DNA from: Macrostomum lignano
Lineage: Eukaryota
Direction of reading: 5' to 3'
Assembly: GCA_002269645.1 (NCBI GenBank)
Contig: NIVC01001397.1
Location: forward strand, 1-64,000
DNA: 64,000 bases
Made by a program: the position numbers and the translations under genes. Under the pieces are notes generated by a model. That model was given only the letters and a program-made list of their open reading frames with translations. It did no database searches and was not told the DNA's origin. Shown in pieces: positions 1 to 12,427 of the stretch. The stretch's first letter is position 1. Each line of letters begins with the position of its first letter.

Positions 1-160
1 TTGATATGAGATCAGTGCCATATTGATAAGATTGATATGAGATCAGTGCCATATTGATAAGATTGATATGAGATCAGTGCCATATTGATAAGATTGATAT
101 GAGATCAGTGCCATATTGATAAGATTGATATGAGATCAGTGCCATATTGATAAGATTGAT
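1..160. repeat. 31-bp tandem repeat (TTGATATGAGATCAGTGCCATATTGATAAGA), ~5 copies, truncated by window start
   Basis: Direct periodicity visible in the sequence. Confidence 0.95.
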
Positions 161-1417
161 GGGATCAGTTAGACTTCGTGAAATTATTTCAACAGTTTCT
201 GCTTCCTATTTACAGTAGTGCAGTAGGGACAGAATGCATAAACAAATACTGAAGCTATTTAAAAAAGTCAGTGCTCGGCAATAAACCTGACGTGCAACTA
301 TTTCCAAAACAATAAATTCGCCACAACGCCGTTTGCACTGAATTTTATTGCAGCCCTTAAAATAGCATCTGGTGGTTCGAGCTTGACAGCCTTTCACCTG
401 CGGCTTTTGCTTGCAGAATTTCATCTTGCGCTTGAGCTCAAGTCGCTCTGTCCCTGTCTCTCCCGAACCGGTCTGTCGGCACTTTCTTATCTCGCTAAAT
501 TCGTCTTTTTTGTTATTCCGTTCATGGCGACATTTAAAAATAGCAAAAAAGGCGAGGTAGAGACTGAATGAGGCGCCAATGAGGCAGATGGAGGGAATGC
601 GTTTTGCTCAAGACCTGATTGACAAGATGCGCAACTCTGCCCTGCCTGCATGGGTGCGCCCGCGCAGCTGGAAATTTTTTTTGTTTTTTTTGTAGCTTCT
701 GCTGCCCACCCCTCTGACTCAGTGGCGCGGTGCAACCCCAGTTGCTCTGCTATTATAAACTATTTCGATTCTTTCAAAAATTCCAAACAAGAATAATTGA
801 TAGCGAGACTAGTGCGGATTTTTCTAAGAAATAAACAAATAAATTCAGTTGTATTTCAAATCCGAGGCAAATTAAAGTCTGCGTTTAGAGAAAAATCATC
901 AAATTTGTTTTTACGAGCATACATGTAATATACGCGTCAATTGATAAATAAAAGCAGAAAAAGAATAGAAATCACAAAAAACATTGTTACAGAGGAAAAT
1001 TTATTGGGAGAAAGTCCAGGCAGAGCTGAGCATTGGAGGAGCGACTTAGCTAATTAAAGGATGTTCTGTACTTTATTAATAACCAATAGTCAGTTGGAGC
1101 CCTCTTTTATGCACCGTTGCCTTCGTCAAATTCCTATTCTAATGTTGGTTTCTTAGAATATTTACGCAACACCGGAAATTTTGATTAAATCATTACAAAA
1201 TCGTTGTTACAATATTTCTGTGTAAAGCCAATTACATCGGGTGCAAATGGAATATTTGATTGGCCAATCAACCGGCCCAAGTGCTTTGGTGTTTAGATGG
1301 ACCTACGGCTGAGAGAGAACGGCAGAAGACTGCCAATAAGTGTGCAAGTGGCTGTCTTCAAGTTACTCTACTTCTCAAGCAACAGAGGAAGGAGGGCAGG
1401 GGGACCCGCGGTTCGTC

Positions 1418-3158
1418 TCACGTGCGCCAAGCACTCGTTTCTGATTGTACGCTGAGCTGGAGCACCTGGCGCTGTGCAGAGAGCGGCCGCCTGATCGCGC
1501 GTCGTCCTGCTGCTGTTGCTGCTGCTGCTGCTGCTGCCTGCGAATGCGGCTGTGGATAGGACTGAGAGTGCGACTGAGCCTGATGCCTCGGCGACGTGGC
1601 CGGAGCTGGCGGCGGCGGCACCGGCGGGCCGTCCATCAGGCTGACTGGTGGCAGGAACACGCCGGACGAGTACACCTTGCGGATCTGCTCCTGCCGCTGT
1701 CTGCTGCGACCGCCCGCGCCGGGGCGCGACGTTTTCGGACGAGCCGGCGCTGGATTTGGCGCCGCCGGCGGTGGTTGCGGCAGCGGGCCGGAGCGGCGCT
1801 GGCCGCCGTGCGAGTTCGAGTGAGTCGAGGAGCCGCCGAGGCCCAACGTCGGGCTGATCTGCTTGCCAGCTGCCGGGCCGCGCGAGGTGGGGCGCGACTG
1901 CGAGCGGTGGCTGGAGAGCGGCTGTGTGCTGCTGGTCCTGCGCCAGCGCGTCGTTCATTCGCCTGGCCAGCCGCAGAGTCTCGTCAGCTTGGCGCTGCAC
2001 CTGCTGGTACAGGTCGCGCGTCTCCCGCAGCATCGCTTTGAACTCGGACTCCCGCTCGCGCTCCTTGAACTTCTTCGACTTCGGACTGCCGGATGAGCCG
2101 CCACCGCCAGTTCTTGCTGTCGACTGCCTGATGGAGGAGATGCTGCTGCCTGTCAGGTCATGCGAGCTGGACTTTGCTGATTTTGCGTCCTTGTCGGCCT
2201 CCTTTGTCTTCTCCTTGTCCTTCTCTTTGTTCTTGTCTTTGTTCTTGTCTTTGTTCTTGTCTTTGTCCTTGTCTGTGTCTTTGTTCTTATCCTTGTCTTT
2301 GTCTTTCTCCTCACTTTTGCTATTTTCTGCTTTCGCTTCCTCATCGGCCTCCAGGCCTGCTGCGGTCTCCGGCTCGGACGGCGGCGGCGCTGGCGAATCG
2401 TCGTCGGCGTCAAAATCGTCGCCCAGGCTGTACTCGGACATGCAGTAGCGCCTGTACTCCTCCAGCAGCATCTTCAGCATGATCTTGTCCGACACGGTGC
2501 CCTCGTAGATCCGGTTGCGCTTGTTGTTGTGCGAGTGCCTAGAGATCGCCCTGACCCGCTCGTACTCGCGCACGCTGCGCTGGATCTGCTTGTCAGGCGG
2601 CGGCTTCTGCGGCTGCTGCTGCTGCGGCCTGATCCGCATCGCCTGCACCGGGTTTTTGCCCCGCTTCTCCCAGAAGAATGGCACCTTGTGCGGCTTGTTG
2701 AGCCGGACCTTCGGCTGCTGCTGAGCCTGCAGCTGCGGCCTTGGCGACCGCTCGGTCTGGCTGTCTGTCGACATTGCCGCAGTTGAAGACGATGCCTTCT
2801 CAGCCTCGGCGGCCGCCTCGCGCGCGCGGCTTGCGCCTCGGTGGTCCTTCATTTCGCGCAGGCGGCGGCGCCGGCTGCTCTTAAGTCGACGTCATCACGC
2901 AGGGCGGCTTTTGCCGCCTCACCTCTCCTGTATCCGGCGGTGGCGGCTGCTTCTGCTGTTTTTGCTGTTGTTGCTGGGCTTCCGAAAGCAGATTGGCACC
3001 GACGCTCTCCCGACGGGACAGCTGCCGGGACGGCCGACGGGACTGCGACCGCGACGTCGCCCCCTCTTCAGCCTCCTGCTCCGGCAGCACCTCCTGCTCA
3101 TCATCGTAGTCCGCCACGTTTATCTCCTCGTAGTCGGCGCTGCCGCTGCCCTGCGCCT
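1418..3158 (-). CDS. Probable C-terminal low-complexity/coiled-coil region of the ankyrin-repeat protein, broken by apparent frameshifts
   Basis: High-GC3 coding-like sequence continues past the stop at 3159 and switches frame near 3170 (..EEQLKAQGSGSADYEEINVADYDDEQ), near 2870-2950 (..LKSSRRRRLREMKDHR) and near 1700 (..QEQIRKVYSSGVFLPPVSLMDG), ending at TGA 1418-1420. Contains a KD-repeat tract and Q/S/A-rich tracts. Confidence 0.6.
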
Positions 3159-3317
3159 TCAGCTGCTCCTCTCGCTCCGCCGGGCGATCATCTCCTCGGC
3201 CCGTCTAATCGCGTCCGCGTACGGCTGCGCGTTCACGCCTGACGACCCGGCCGCTGCCGATCCGGCCGCCGCTCCGCCACCGCTGACGCTTTTCCGTCGG
3301 CTGGCGAGACCGCCTGA

Positions 3318-3348
<31 letters not shown>

Positions 3349-5504
3349 ATTGCCGTCGTCAATCGCAGCGTCTGCCGCTCCTCCGGCCGGTCGGCCAGGC
3401 CCAGCTCGTGCGCGTACTGGCCGCCGTAGCGCCTGATGAACTCCTTGCACTCGCTGCTGCTGGTGAGGTCCAGCGCCGTCACCGGGTTGCCCTGCTCCGA
3501 CACCGAGGCCAGGTTGACGTCCGCCCCGTAGCGCAGCACCGCGTTGCACATCTGTGTCTCGTTCTTGTAGGCGGCGATGTGCACGCAGGCCTGCTCGCTG
3601 ACGTTCTTCGTGTCCAGGAGGGCCTTACTGTCCGCGGCCAGGTGCTTCACGGTCTCCAGGTGGCCCATGTGCACTGCCTCATGGATCGGCAGGTCGCCGA
3701 TGGAGTTGCCCACCCAGAGGTTCGCACCGAGCTCGTTGAGCAGCTTCAGCATGATAATGAGATCCTTGGCGGCGGCGCAGTGGGCCGCAGTCCGGCCCTT
3801 CTTGTCTTGGTGGTCGATGTCCGCCCCGCACCTGACCAGAGCACGCACGCACTCCTCCTGGTTGAGCGTCACCGCGTAGAACAGCGGCGAGCAGTCGTTC
3901 TTGTCGCCGACGTTGATGTCGATGTCAACAGTGTCTTTTGCCATAAGCTCCACGATGTTGGCGTGGCCTCGGCTGGCCGCGCAGTGCAGCACCGTCAGTC
4001 CCGCCTTGTCGCCCAGAGCCGGCTTGGCGCCCTTCTTCAACAGCAGCTCGCAGGCGCGCTTGGCGCCGACGCTGCCGGCCCACATCAGCGGGCTGCGCTT
4101 CTCCGCGTCCAGGCAGTCGACGCGGCTGCTCCGGCCGAGCAGCATCTCCAGGATTCGCACCGGCCGGTCGTCGGTCGGCTGCGCGGTGCCGCACACCTGC
4201 GCCGCGTAGTGCAGCGGGTAGGCGCCGAAGATGTCCGGCTGCATCACCTTGGCCTTGTGGTCCAGCAGCGCTTTGAGCGAGTCGGCCTGGCTGCAGACCA
4301 CCGCCCAGTGCACCGAGGAGTGCCGCTCGTTGTCCACGGCGTCGACCTCGGCGCCGCTCTGCAGCAGCAGGTGGATCAGCTTGACGTTGCCAGCGATGGT
4401 GGCCAGGTGCAGCGGGCTGTACCCGTCCGCGTCCTTCTTCGTGACGACCTCCGGCCGCTTGGCCAGCAGCAGCTCGGCGCAGGCCGTCTCCTCGCTCTCG
4501 GCGCAGTAGTGCAGCGCGTTCTTGCCGCCGTCGTCCACCTCAGCGGGATCGGAGCCGGCGTCAATCAGGCTCTGCGCCGTCTCGAACTCGCCGGCCTGGC
4601 AGGCCACCATCAGCGGCGTGGTCGGGTGGAACTCCTTGCTGGTGTCGGAGGGCGGCGGCTGCGCCCTGGCGTAGACCCGCACCATCTTTTTGAAGGTGCC
4701 GTTTGGATGGTCGGCCGCCCGGGCCTCCACCGACTTGTCTTTGTAGTCGACAATGTCAGGCCGGGCGCCCTTGCGCAGCAGCAACTCGAAGATGTCCGTC
4801 CGGTTGACGTACAGCGCGTAGTGCAGCGCAGTCCGGCGGTATTTGTTGTCCTCCTGCGTGTTGACCTGGACGCCGAACTCAAGCAACTGGTGCACGAACT
4901 CGTACGAGGCGATCTGCACCGCGTATATCAGCGGGGTGGCGCCGCTGAGGCGCGAGGCGACGTCCAGCGCCTGCCGGCCGTGCGGTTCCGACCTGGCGAT
5001 GACGTCGAGGCTCTCGGCGCAGCCCATCCGGATGGCCAGATGCACAGCCGACTGACCCTCCTCGTCCTGCAGCGCCGGATTGGCGCCCGCGTCTAGCGCG
5101 GCCTGCAGCAGCGACACGGGCGTCTGCGTGAGGATGCACCAGTGCAGCAGGGTCCGGCCCGCGCTGTCCTGGTGGCCGAGGCTGGCGCCCTTCCTGGCCA
5201 GCCAGCGCACGCACTGGCAGTAGTCATCGATGGGCATCTCCTGGGTCTTGCCGAGGGTGGCCTCGAGCTTCTTGTAGCTCTGGACCAGGATGATCGGCAG
5301 CGAGAAGCCGTCGCTGTACACGTGGCCGAACCGGAAATCAGCTCGATTGTCGTCTACCAGGTACTTGAACCGGTGCAGGTTGCCGGTCTCCAGGAGGCTG
5401 CGGGCCTCCTCCATCAGGTCCGGTGGCGGCAGGCTGGGCGTCAAGGTGTGGCTGCTGCCCGACTCGCTGGTGTACTCGGTCACCGGGGTCAGAAGTCTCG
5501 ACAT
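3159..5504 (-). CDS. Ankyrin-repeat protein (~16 repeats; inversin-like architecture, orthology unresolved); no intron seen
   Basis: ORF 3159..5570; first ATG at 5504 (MSRLLTPV). Repeated G-x-T/S-P/A-L-H-x-A motifs (GRTLLHWC, GQSAVHLA, GATPLIYA, RRTALHYA, GYSPLHLA, GAYPLHYA, GLTVLHCA, GRTAAHCA, GDLPIHEA). Confidence 0.9.
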
Positions 5505-6697
5505 TGCGATGCTCTGTGGCTGTGCGGTGCTGTTTAAATCTGGAGGGCTGGCTCCGGTTGCCAGTGACAACAGATAGGAAGGCTGAGGTGCTGCTTCAAT
5601 AATTGACCACCGGGGCCTGTTTCAAGAGGGTAGAGAGAGGCGCACAAGTTTTCTGTAGTTGTAAACGACTGCCTTTCTCCCACTGTGCGTTGTTTTTGAG
5701 CTGGGAGGTAAATAATGGATGGGATCAGGACTGCGGGCTGGCCGGCCTGTGCGCTCGCACCTCCATTGGCCTCGCCTGGGGGGATTTAAAATGCGTAGTT
5801 GCCAGCCGCGATGGGGAAGAGACGGAGGCTGAGAGCGCTGCGCAGATTCTTGAGACGAGAAATGGTGCTTAGTGGTGTCTCTTCCGCTCTCTCCTCTCTC
5901 TCTTGGATTCTCTGTGCTCATCTGCCCTACCGTCGCATTGCGCCAGAGCCTTTCTTAAAGGCTCAAAAAGCGCCCCGGCGACCAGCCAACCCCCCTGCCG
6001 TCTCCCCCTCTCTGCCCAGCTGCTCAGTTGCGCCCAGCTGTGTGTCAAAACTCTGCATAGAGAGAGAGAAGCTGGTTTTGACAGCCGCAGAGCTGAGTTC
6101 TGATGGCGATGTTGAAAAGGCGTTTGAGACGACAAGAGGCTGCGCTGGCGCCTCTACCTCGCACAGGGCGGAGCTGCTGCACACTGCCTCCCCCCTGCAC
6201 ACTCCGCTGGGCTGGGACAGAGAAAGCATGAGTAGTTAGAGAGAGAGAGAGAGTAAGGCGAAGTGGCCGCTCTTTGCCGTTACTAGCTGAGTAGCTGCCG
6301 TTTTTACTGCCTCACTAATGCTCCAGCGCCGTGTTCTCTCCCTGTGCACAACTCTCATTTTTGGGCTACTCATCACCGTCTCACTTCTTTTCTCGGCCAA
6401 TGGTCTCTTAGAATCGGTGTCAAATTACCGAATTTTTCCTACTGTATGTACATACAGCTAATATTCGAACTGTCTGCCCTTGGGCAAACTGTGTGAAATG
6501 AAATGACTTCAATATCAAACTATCAATACTGCCGGCCGGACCGTCTGCGCACTTCTGCTGCACTTTGCCGGCTTGCCGGGCGGCCTCCCCAGCTCAGCCC
6601 GACCCGCCTTGGCAACACGGAAAATGGCGCGGGAAATGGCGCTCTATTTTTGGTGCTCCGGCTCGCACAGCTCAGACTAGCGGCTCACACCAACTTG

Positions 6698-6711
6698 GTA
6701 GCCATGACAAC
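6698..6711. promoter_or_regulatory. Candidate RFX X-box (GTAGCCATGACAAC)
   Basis: Matches the 14-bp consensus GTHNYYATRRNAAC; lies between two divergently transcribed genes. Function not shown. Confidence 0.4.
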
Positions 6712-7864
6712 CGATTCTCCAGTGCCTCCAGCATCCTCCCTCCCGCATCTCCTCCCCGCTTTACAACTAAGAGTTGTAGAGGTGAATCTCAAGGTCTTAA
6801 ATTTTCTACTTCCAATAGTCTATGGCGCGACAATGAATAAAAAATTAATTTGCGACATGTTCTCATTAATAAAAATGACTTGCGTGTCAGAATTTTGAGT
6901 GCTACTCGTACAGCCAGGGACGGTCATTTTATTGACTTTAATGACCAGGCAGGAAAATGGCAAATCGGGAAGCCTTGTGCAGTTGGCAGTGTGTTTGCCT
7001 CGGTCCCGGGCAAACACTGCAGCTGAGGTGCTGGGAGGTGTGGCTAATAAAAAGTTCTGCTCATCGTGTGGCTCCACAGGGGCTGCCTTGAGCGATCGGA
7101 TATGAGATGAGGCACGCCAGCTTCCGGGAAAGGCAGCTCAACGAAAGACGGGATCCTCGGCTCTGTTTCTCTTCTCTCTTTACTCTGCTCAACTCTACTC
7201 GTAGCTACCTCGGGCTTGCTACCTGTCTCTCCCAGCCTCCTATTCGAGAGGCCTCATCTCGACAGCGCCTCAGCCAGCATCTGCCGGACCTTCACCTGGC
7301 TACATTTTCTCAGCATGCAGCGGCCACTCAGCGACAGTGGGGGGGGAAGGTCGGGGGGACACGCGAGCTGCGAAATCCTGCCAAGCCCCAGCCAGATCCC
7401 CGTCTTCCCATCCTGCATCCCCACCAACCTCCCTGCCTGCGATCCATCCCGAGAGAAGCTGGGGAAGGAGGCGCTCCCGGAGCTGCGCTTGGGGACGCGA
7501 GCGAGAGGGAGGGAGAGAGGGGGATGGAGCGGGATGACTCGGATGCGGGGGGTGGGACACGAGCTGGGAGCGAGAGCAAGAGAAAGGACAGGGGAGTTGA
7601 GCGATGGGGCGCCATAGGATGCTGGACTAAATCAACCCATCCCCCACCGCCACCGCCGCCCCGTCTTACCAGGCCCCGCAGCTGCCACCGACGGTGCAGC
7701 AGAGCCGAGCTCAGCAGGCAGCAGAGCACACTCTCTACAGAGCAAATTTATCTTTAAATAAGCGACCGCGAGAGAAGCAGGAAGCCCGAGATACTTGGGA
7801 AGGCTCCCCCCACGTCTGAAATTTGACGAAAAATTTTTCCCGCATCGACTCGGCCCAGCCAGCC

Positions 7865-9094
7865 ATGTCGTTCGAGATCCCAGCTGGCCTGCCGCAGCTG
7901 CTCCAGGACTTCACGGTTGCCGTGCTCCGCTCCAGGCCCGGCAACCTGGTGACCTTCGCCTCCGCCTACTTCCGCCAGCTCGAGGCCGCGGCTGCCGCCA
8001 AGCCGCCCGACGGTGCCGCTGCGACGTCCAGAACTGCGGAGGCGGCGTCGGCGAACAACAGCGACGCGGACGATGAGGACGCGGTGGACTCCGCCTGGTC
8101 CGGCGGCGTCAGCGGAGCCGGCGGCGGCGGGGGCGCCGGGGCCCGCCGGGTCAGCGTGGCTGCGCCCTCCTTCGACCCGGAGCTGCACCACGAGGACGAG
8201 GGCCAGCGGAAGCTGGTGCCAAAGAGCGATGAGCAGCGGCGCCGGCTGGCAGAGGCCGTGAAGCACATCCTGCTGTTCCGCAGCCTGGACCGCGCCAGCC
8301 TGGGTCACGTGATCGATGCCATGCAGGAGGCGCCGGTTCGGGCGGGCGAGACGGTCATCCAGCAGCACCAGGATGGCGACAATTTCTACGTGGTCGAGCG
8401 CGGAGTTTTCGACGCGTTCGTTGACGACAAAAACGCTGAGGGCGGGCGGCGGCACGTGCTGACATACAATAATGAGGGATCCTTCGGGGAGCTGGCCCTG
8501 ATGTACTACTGCCCACGGGCCGCCACCATCGTGGCTAGAACCGACGGCGTGCTGTGGTCGCTGGACATGGAGACCTTCCAGCGTCGGGTGCTGACCGCGG
8601 CGTTTCGGCACCGGCAGAAGTACGAGGCATTCCTGGCCGCGGTACCGCTGCTGGCCGAACTGACGCAGTACGAGCGTCAGAACGTCGCCGACGCCATTCG
8701 CGAACGGGAGTTCAGCGACGGGGCGCCGATCCTGATGCAGGGCGACGTCGGCAACGAGATGTTCTTCATCGAGGAGGGCGGCGTCAAGGTGATGCGGCGC
8801 GGCGCCGACAACGGCCTGGAGACGCAGGTGAACCAGCTGGGCAAGGGCGACTACTTTGGCGAGCTGGCGCTCATCACCAAGCAGCCGCGGGCCGCCAGCT
8901 GCTACGCCGTCGGGCCAACGAAGGTCTGCGTGCTGCACGTGACCGACTTTGAACGGCTGCTGGGCCCCTGCCTGGAGGTGATGCGGCGCAACATTGAGGA
9001 CTACAGGAGGCAGCTGGGGGACATATTTGGGCACGAGGACAATGTGCCGCAGCCGAGACTGCAACAGCAGCAACAGCAGCAGGTGGCCCAGTAG
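7865..9094 (+). CDS. PRKAR2: cAMP-dependent protein kinase type II regulatory subunit, intronless, 409 aa
   Basis: RIIa-type D/D domain (MSFEIPAGLPQLLQDFTVAVLRSRP), RRVSV substrate-type inhibitory site, two CNB domains with phosphate-binding cassettes FGELALMYYCPRAAT and FGELALITKQPRAAS. Confidence 0.96.
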   Translation: MSFEIPAGLPQLLQDFTVAVLRSRPGNLVTFASAYFRQLEAAAAAKPPDGAAATSRTAEAASANNSDADDEDAVDSAWSGGVSGAGGGGGAGARRVSVAAPSFDPELHHEDEGQRKLVPKSDEQRRRLAEAVKHILLFRSLDRASLGHVIDAMQEAPVRAGETVIQQHQDGDNFYVVERGVFDAFVDDKNAEGGRRHVLTYNNEGSFGELALMYYCPRAATIVARTDGVLWSLDMETFQRRVLTAAFRHRQKYEAFLAAVPLLAELTQYERQNVADAIREREFSDGAPILMQGDVGNEMFFIEEGGVKVMRRGADNGLETQVNQLGKGDYFGELALITKQPRAASCYAVGPTKVCVLHVTDFERLLGPCLEVMRRNIEDYRRQLGDIFGHEDNVPQPRLQQQQQQQVAQ

Positions 9095-9439
9095 GGGAAG
9101 CGAGGATCCGTGAACTTGTATTAGAGTAATACGGGCATGCAAATAATTATGGATTTTAATACAAATGCATGGCCCAATTGGTGAGTTGGGTGCCCGTCTT
9201 GTCGAGGCTTCAGGTCAGGTTTGGAAATTCTCTTCGAAGGGCAGCCTTTGCCATAGAATAACTACGTACAGATCGCGTTCATATGGCCGTTTTCTGATAG
9301 ACGCCGCACTTTGTTCATTTAGTCCCGTTTCTTATTCATTTAACTGGTAGGAGGAGAGGACAGAGAGAGGAAAAGAGAGGGACAAAGCGGAGGGAGAGAA
9401 GAGAGAGCAGAATGAGAGAGGAGAGAGCGGAAGAAGAGA

Positions 9440-10270
9440 GGAGAGAACGGAGGGAGAGTGTGGAGGGAGAGAGCGGAGGGAGAGAGCGGAGGGAGAGAGC
9501 GGAGGGAGAGAGCGGAGGGAGAGAGCGGAGGGAGAGAGCGGAGGGAGAGAGCGGAGGGAGAGAGCGGAGGGAGAGAGCGGAGGGAGAGAGCGGAGGGAGA
9601 GAGCGGAGGGAGAGAGCGGAGGGAGAGAGCGGAGGGAGAGAGCGGAGGGAGAGAGCGGAGGAGAGAGCGGAGGGAGAGAGCGGAGGGAGAGAGCGGAGGG
9701 AGAGAGCGGAGGGAGAGAGCGGAGGGAGAGAGCGGAGGGAGAGAGCGGAGGGAGAGAGCGGAGGGAGAGAGCGGAGGGAGAGAGCGGAGGGAGAGAGCGG
9801 AGGGAGAGAGCGGAGGGAGAGAGCGGAGGGAGAGAGCGGAGGGAGAGAGCGGAGGGAGAGAGCGGAGGGAGAGAGCGGAGGGAGAGAGCGGAGGGAGAGA
9901 GCGGAGGGAGAGAGCGGAGGGAGAGAGCGGAGGGAGAGAGCGGAGGGAGAGAGCGGAGGGAGAGAGCGGAGGGAGAGAGCGGAGGGAGAGAGCGGAGGGA
10001 GAGAGCGGAGGGAGAGAGCGGAGGGAGAGAGCGGAGGGAGAGAGCGGAGGGAGAGAGCGGAGGGAGAGAGCGGAGGGAGAGAGCGGAGGGAGAGAGCGGA
10101 GGGAGAGAGCGGAGGGAGAGAGCGGAGGGAGAGAGCGGAGGGAGAGAGCGGAGGGAGAGAGCGGAGGGAGAGAGCGGAGGGAGAGAGCGGAGGGAGAGAG
10201 CGGAGGGAGAGAGCGGAGGGAGAGAGCGGAGGGAGAGAGCGGAGCGAGAGAGCGGAGGGAGAGAGCGGAG
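9440..10270. repeat. 13-bp purine-rich tandem repeat (AGCGGAGGGAGAG), ~60 copies
   Basis: Near-perfect periodicity. Confidence 0.97.
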
Positions 10271-10659
10271 AACGAAGCAGAAAACAAGCTGAGAACAGAG
10301 ATCTGAATAGCGAGCTGTGTTTTAAATTCATATTCCAAATAAATTAAAAGTTTTTTGGCCACCCAGCAAGAGGCGTATTGTCATCAGTTTTGACGGTTAT
10401 ATTAATAAAATGCACAAATAAACAACTCTGTTTTTCCTTACTAATAATTGAATGAATTAATGAATGAACGAAATATTTTTAAGATTACTGAAGGCGAGAT
10501 TGAAGAGCCAATCAGAAAGCAGCGAGGGAGAGAGAGAGAATAACAATACTGAACTGGACAGAGATAGAGAGAAAGCAGAGTAAACAAAGACGAGTGAAGG
10601 TGAACTGAGAAATGACTAAGAATTGGCGCGCTTGCATGTCCCAGCGCTGGTTACTGCAC

Positions 10660-10922
10660 CACGGGTACACGTATAGGCCGCCACGGGTACACGTATAGGC
10701 CGCCATGGGTACACGTATAGGCCGCCACGGGTACACGTATAGGCCGCCACGGGTACACGTATAGGCCGCCACGGGTACACGTATAGGCCGCCACGGGTAC
10801 ACGTATAGGCCGCCACGGGTACACGTATAGGCCGCCACGGGTACACGTATAGGCCGCCACGGGTACACGTATAGGCCGCCACGGGTACACGTATAGGCCG
10901 CCACGGGTACACGTATAGGCCG
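10660..10922. repeat. 22-bp tandem repeat (CCACGGGTACACGTATAGGCCG), ~12 copies
   Basis: Direct periodicity. Confidence 0.96.
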
Positions 10923-11394
10923 AAGCCTTCTAGAATAGGAAATTAATTGTCGAGTTCCCCTGTCCTGTCAGCCTCTTGTTCCCAGCTGCATCTTGCAGCA
11001 GCACATTGCCCAGGCTAAGAGATTACATTTCCTCATTCCCGAATTTCCAATTCTGTTTTTTATTCATTAACAGAGCTTGTCGCGGCACCCTCACCCCCAC
11101 TCTCGCTGTCCCCATCTGTCTCAGCAGCTTAAAGCTTATAATCCGGCCAGGGATGCTTTGGCTTTGGTGGGCTCTGCATAAGGAGGCCAGGAGGGAACAG
11201 GATGGGGGGGGGGTTGCAGAGTGCGAGACAAGGCGCAACTTAGGGGCTGAGATTGGGCAAGCGACCAGCTTTTCTCAAGAACTGGCAGCAGAGGATTAAA
11301 AAATTGTTTTTTGTTGAAAAAAATAAAAGAAAAAGAAACACGAATCCGAAAGGCGAAAGGTAAGAGTTCGTTAGAGGGAGAGTAAGGGAGCGCA

Positions 11395-11875
11395 GGGAGA
11401 GAGAGAGAGAGCGGAGAGGGAGGGGAAACGGATGAAGAGGGAGAGAGCGGAGAGGGAGGGGAACGGATGGAGGAGAAGGAGATGGAGAATGGAGAAGGAG
11501 AAAGCTAAAAGGGGGCAGAAGAGAGCGGAGGGAGTGGAGAGAGCAAAGAGAGAGGGAGAGAGCGGAGGGAGGGGGAGCGGATGGAGAAGGAGAAAGTGGT
11601 AGGAGAGAGTGGAGGGGGATAGAGCAGAGCGGAGGGAGAGAGCGGAGGGAGAGAGCGGAGGAATAGAGTGGAGGGAGAGGGAGAGAGCGGAGGGAGAGAG
11701 CGGAGGAACAGAGTGGAGGGAGAGGGAGAGAGCGGAGGGAGAGAGCGGAGGGAGAGAGCGGAGGAACAGAGTGGAGGGAGAGGGAGAGAGCGGAGGGAGA
11801 GAGCGGAGGAACAGAGTGGAGGGAGAGGGAGAGAGCGGAGGGAGAGAGCGGAGGAACAGAGTGGAGGGAGAGAGC
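11395..11875. repeat. Composite GA-rich repeat built from the AGCGGAGGGAGAG unit plus GGAACAGAGTGGAGGGAGAG
   Basis: Shares its unit with 9440-10270. Confidence 0.85.
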
Positions 11876-12427
11876 AGGTGGAGACAGTCACTAGGCTATA
11901 AAGACAGGCTTCAAAGACTCAAGTCCAGCGCTGTAGATCTGTCTGACCAGCCGCCTCAACGGACGCTTCTTGGTGCAGCTCAGGAACTGTCCCAGTAGTA
12001 ACCAGTCTATTCCCGCAAGGCATCTCTCCATTTCACTCTCCAAGGTAAATTGATTCGAACATCTGGTACAAAAAGTTCTCAGCCGGATCAGTTCGCCTCT
12101 GACGCACCGCACCTCCTGTCGAAGCCAGGCCAGTCGAGCCGGAGCAGCAAAGAGAGGCCGAGGCCCAGCGGAGCGGAAGGAAGTCCCTCCCCCTCTTGGG
12201 TCTCAGATCCCAGTTGATGAGGGGCGGAATATATCTCTCCAAGGCCTCCTGCCCTTCTTCATCAAGCCTGGACAGTTGGCCGAGGCTTCAACTACAAAGG
12301 CAAACGCGACAGAGTGCAGGATGAGCTCGATAACTCAAAGTGACACCGAGGCGACCTTTTATTCCGTGTGACAGAGCCACTTGGGAAAATTGGCCTGTGG
12401 CGGGCTGGGGCTTTGGGATCGGGAGAT

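Noticed and set aside
3408-5096. 562-aa plus-strand ORF, and 462-aa ORF 7754-9142 on the minus strand
   Set aside because: Antisense shadows of high-GC3 genes (ankyrin protein, PKA-RII).
9336-10362. Long ORFs (280-340 aa) on both strands
   Set aside because: Translations of the 13-bp repeat; no coding signature.
11890-12400. GC-richer island between repeats with partly open frames
   Set aside because: No recognisable domain, start codon or consistent splice phases.
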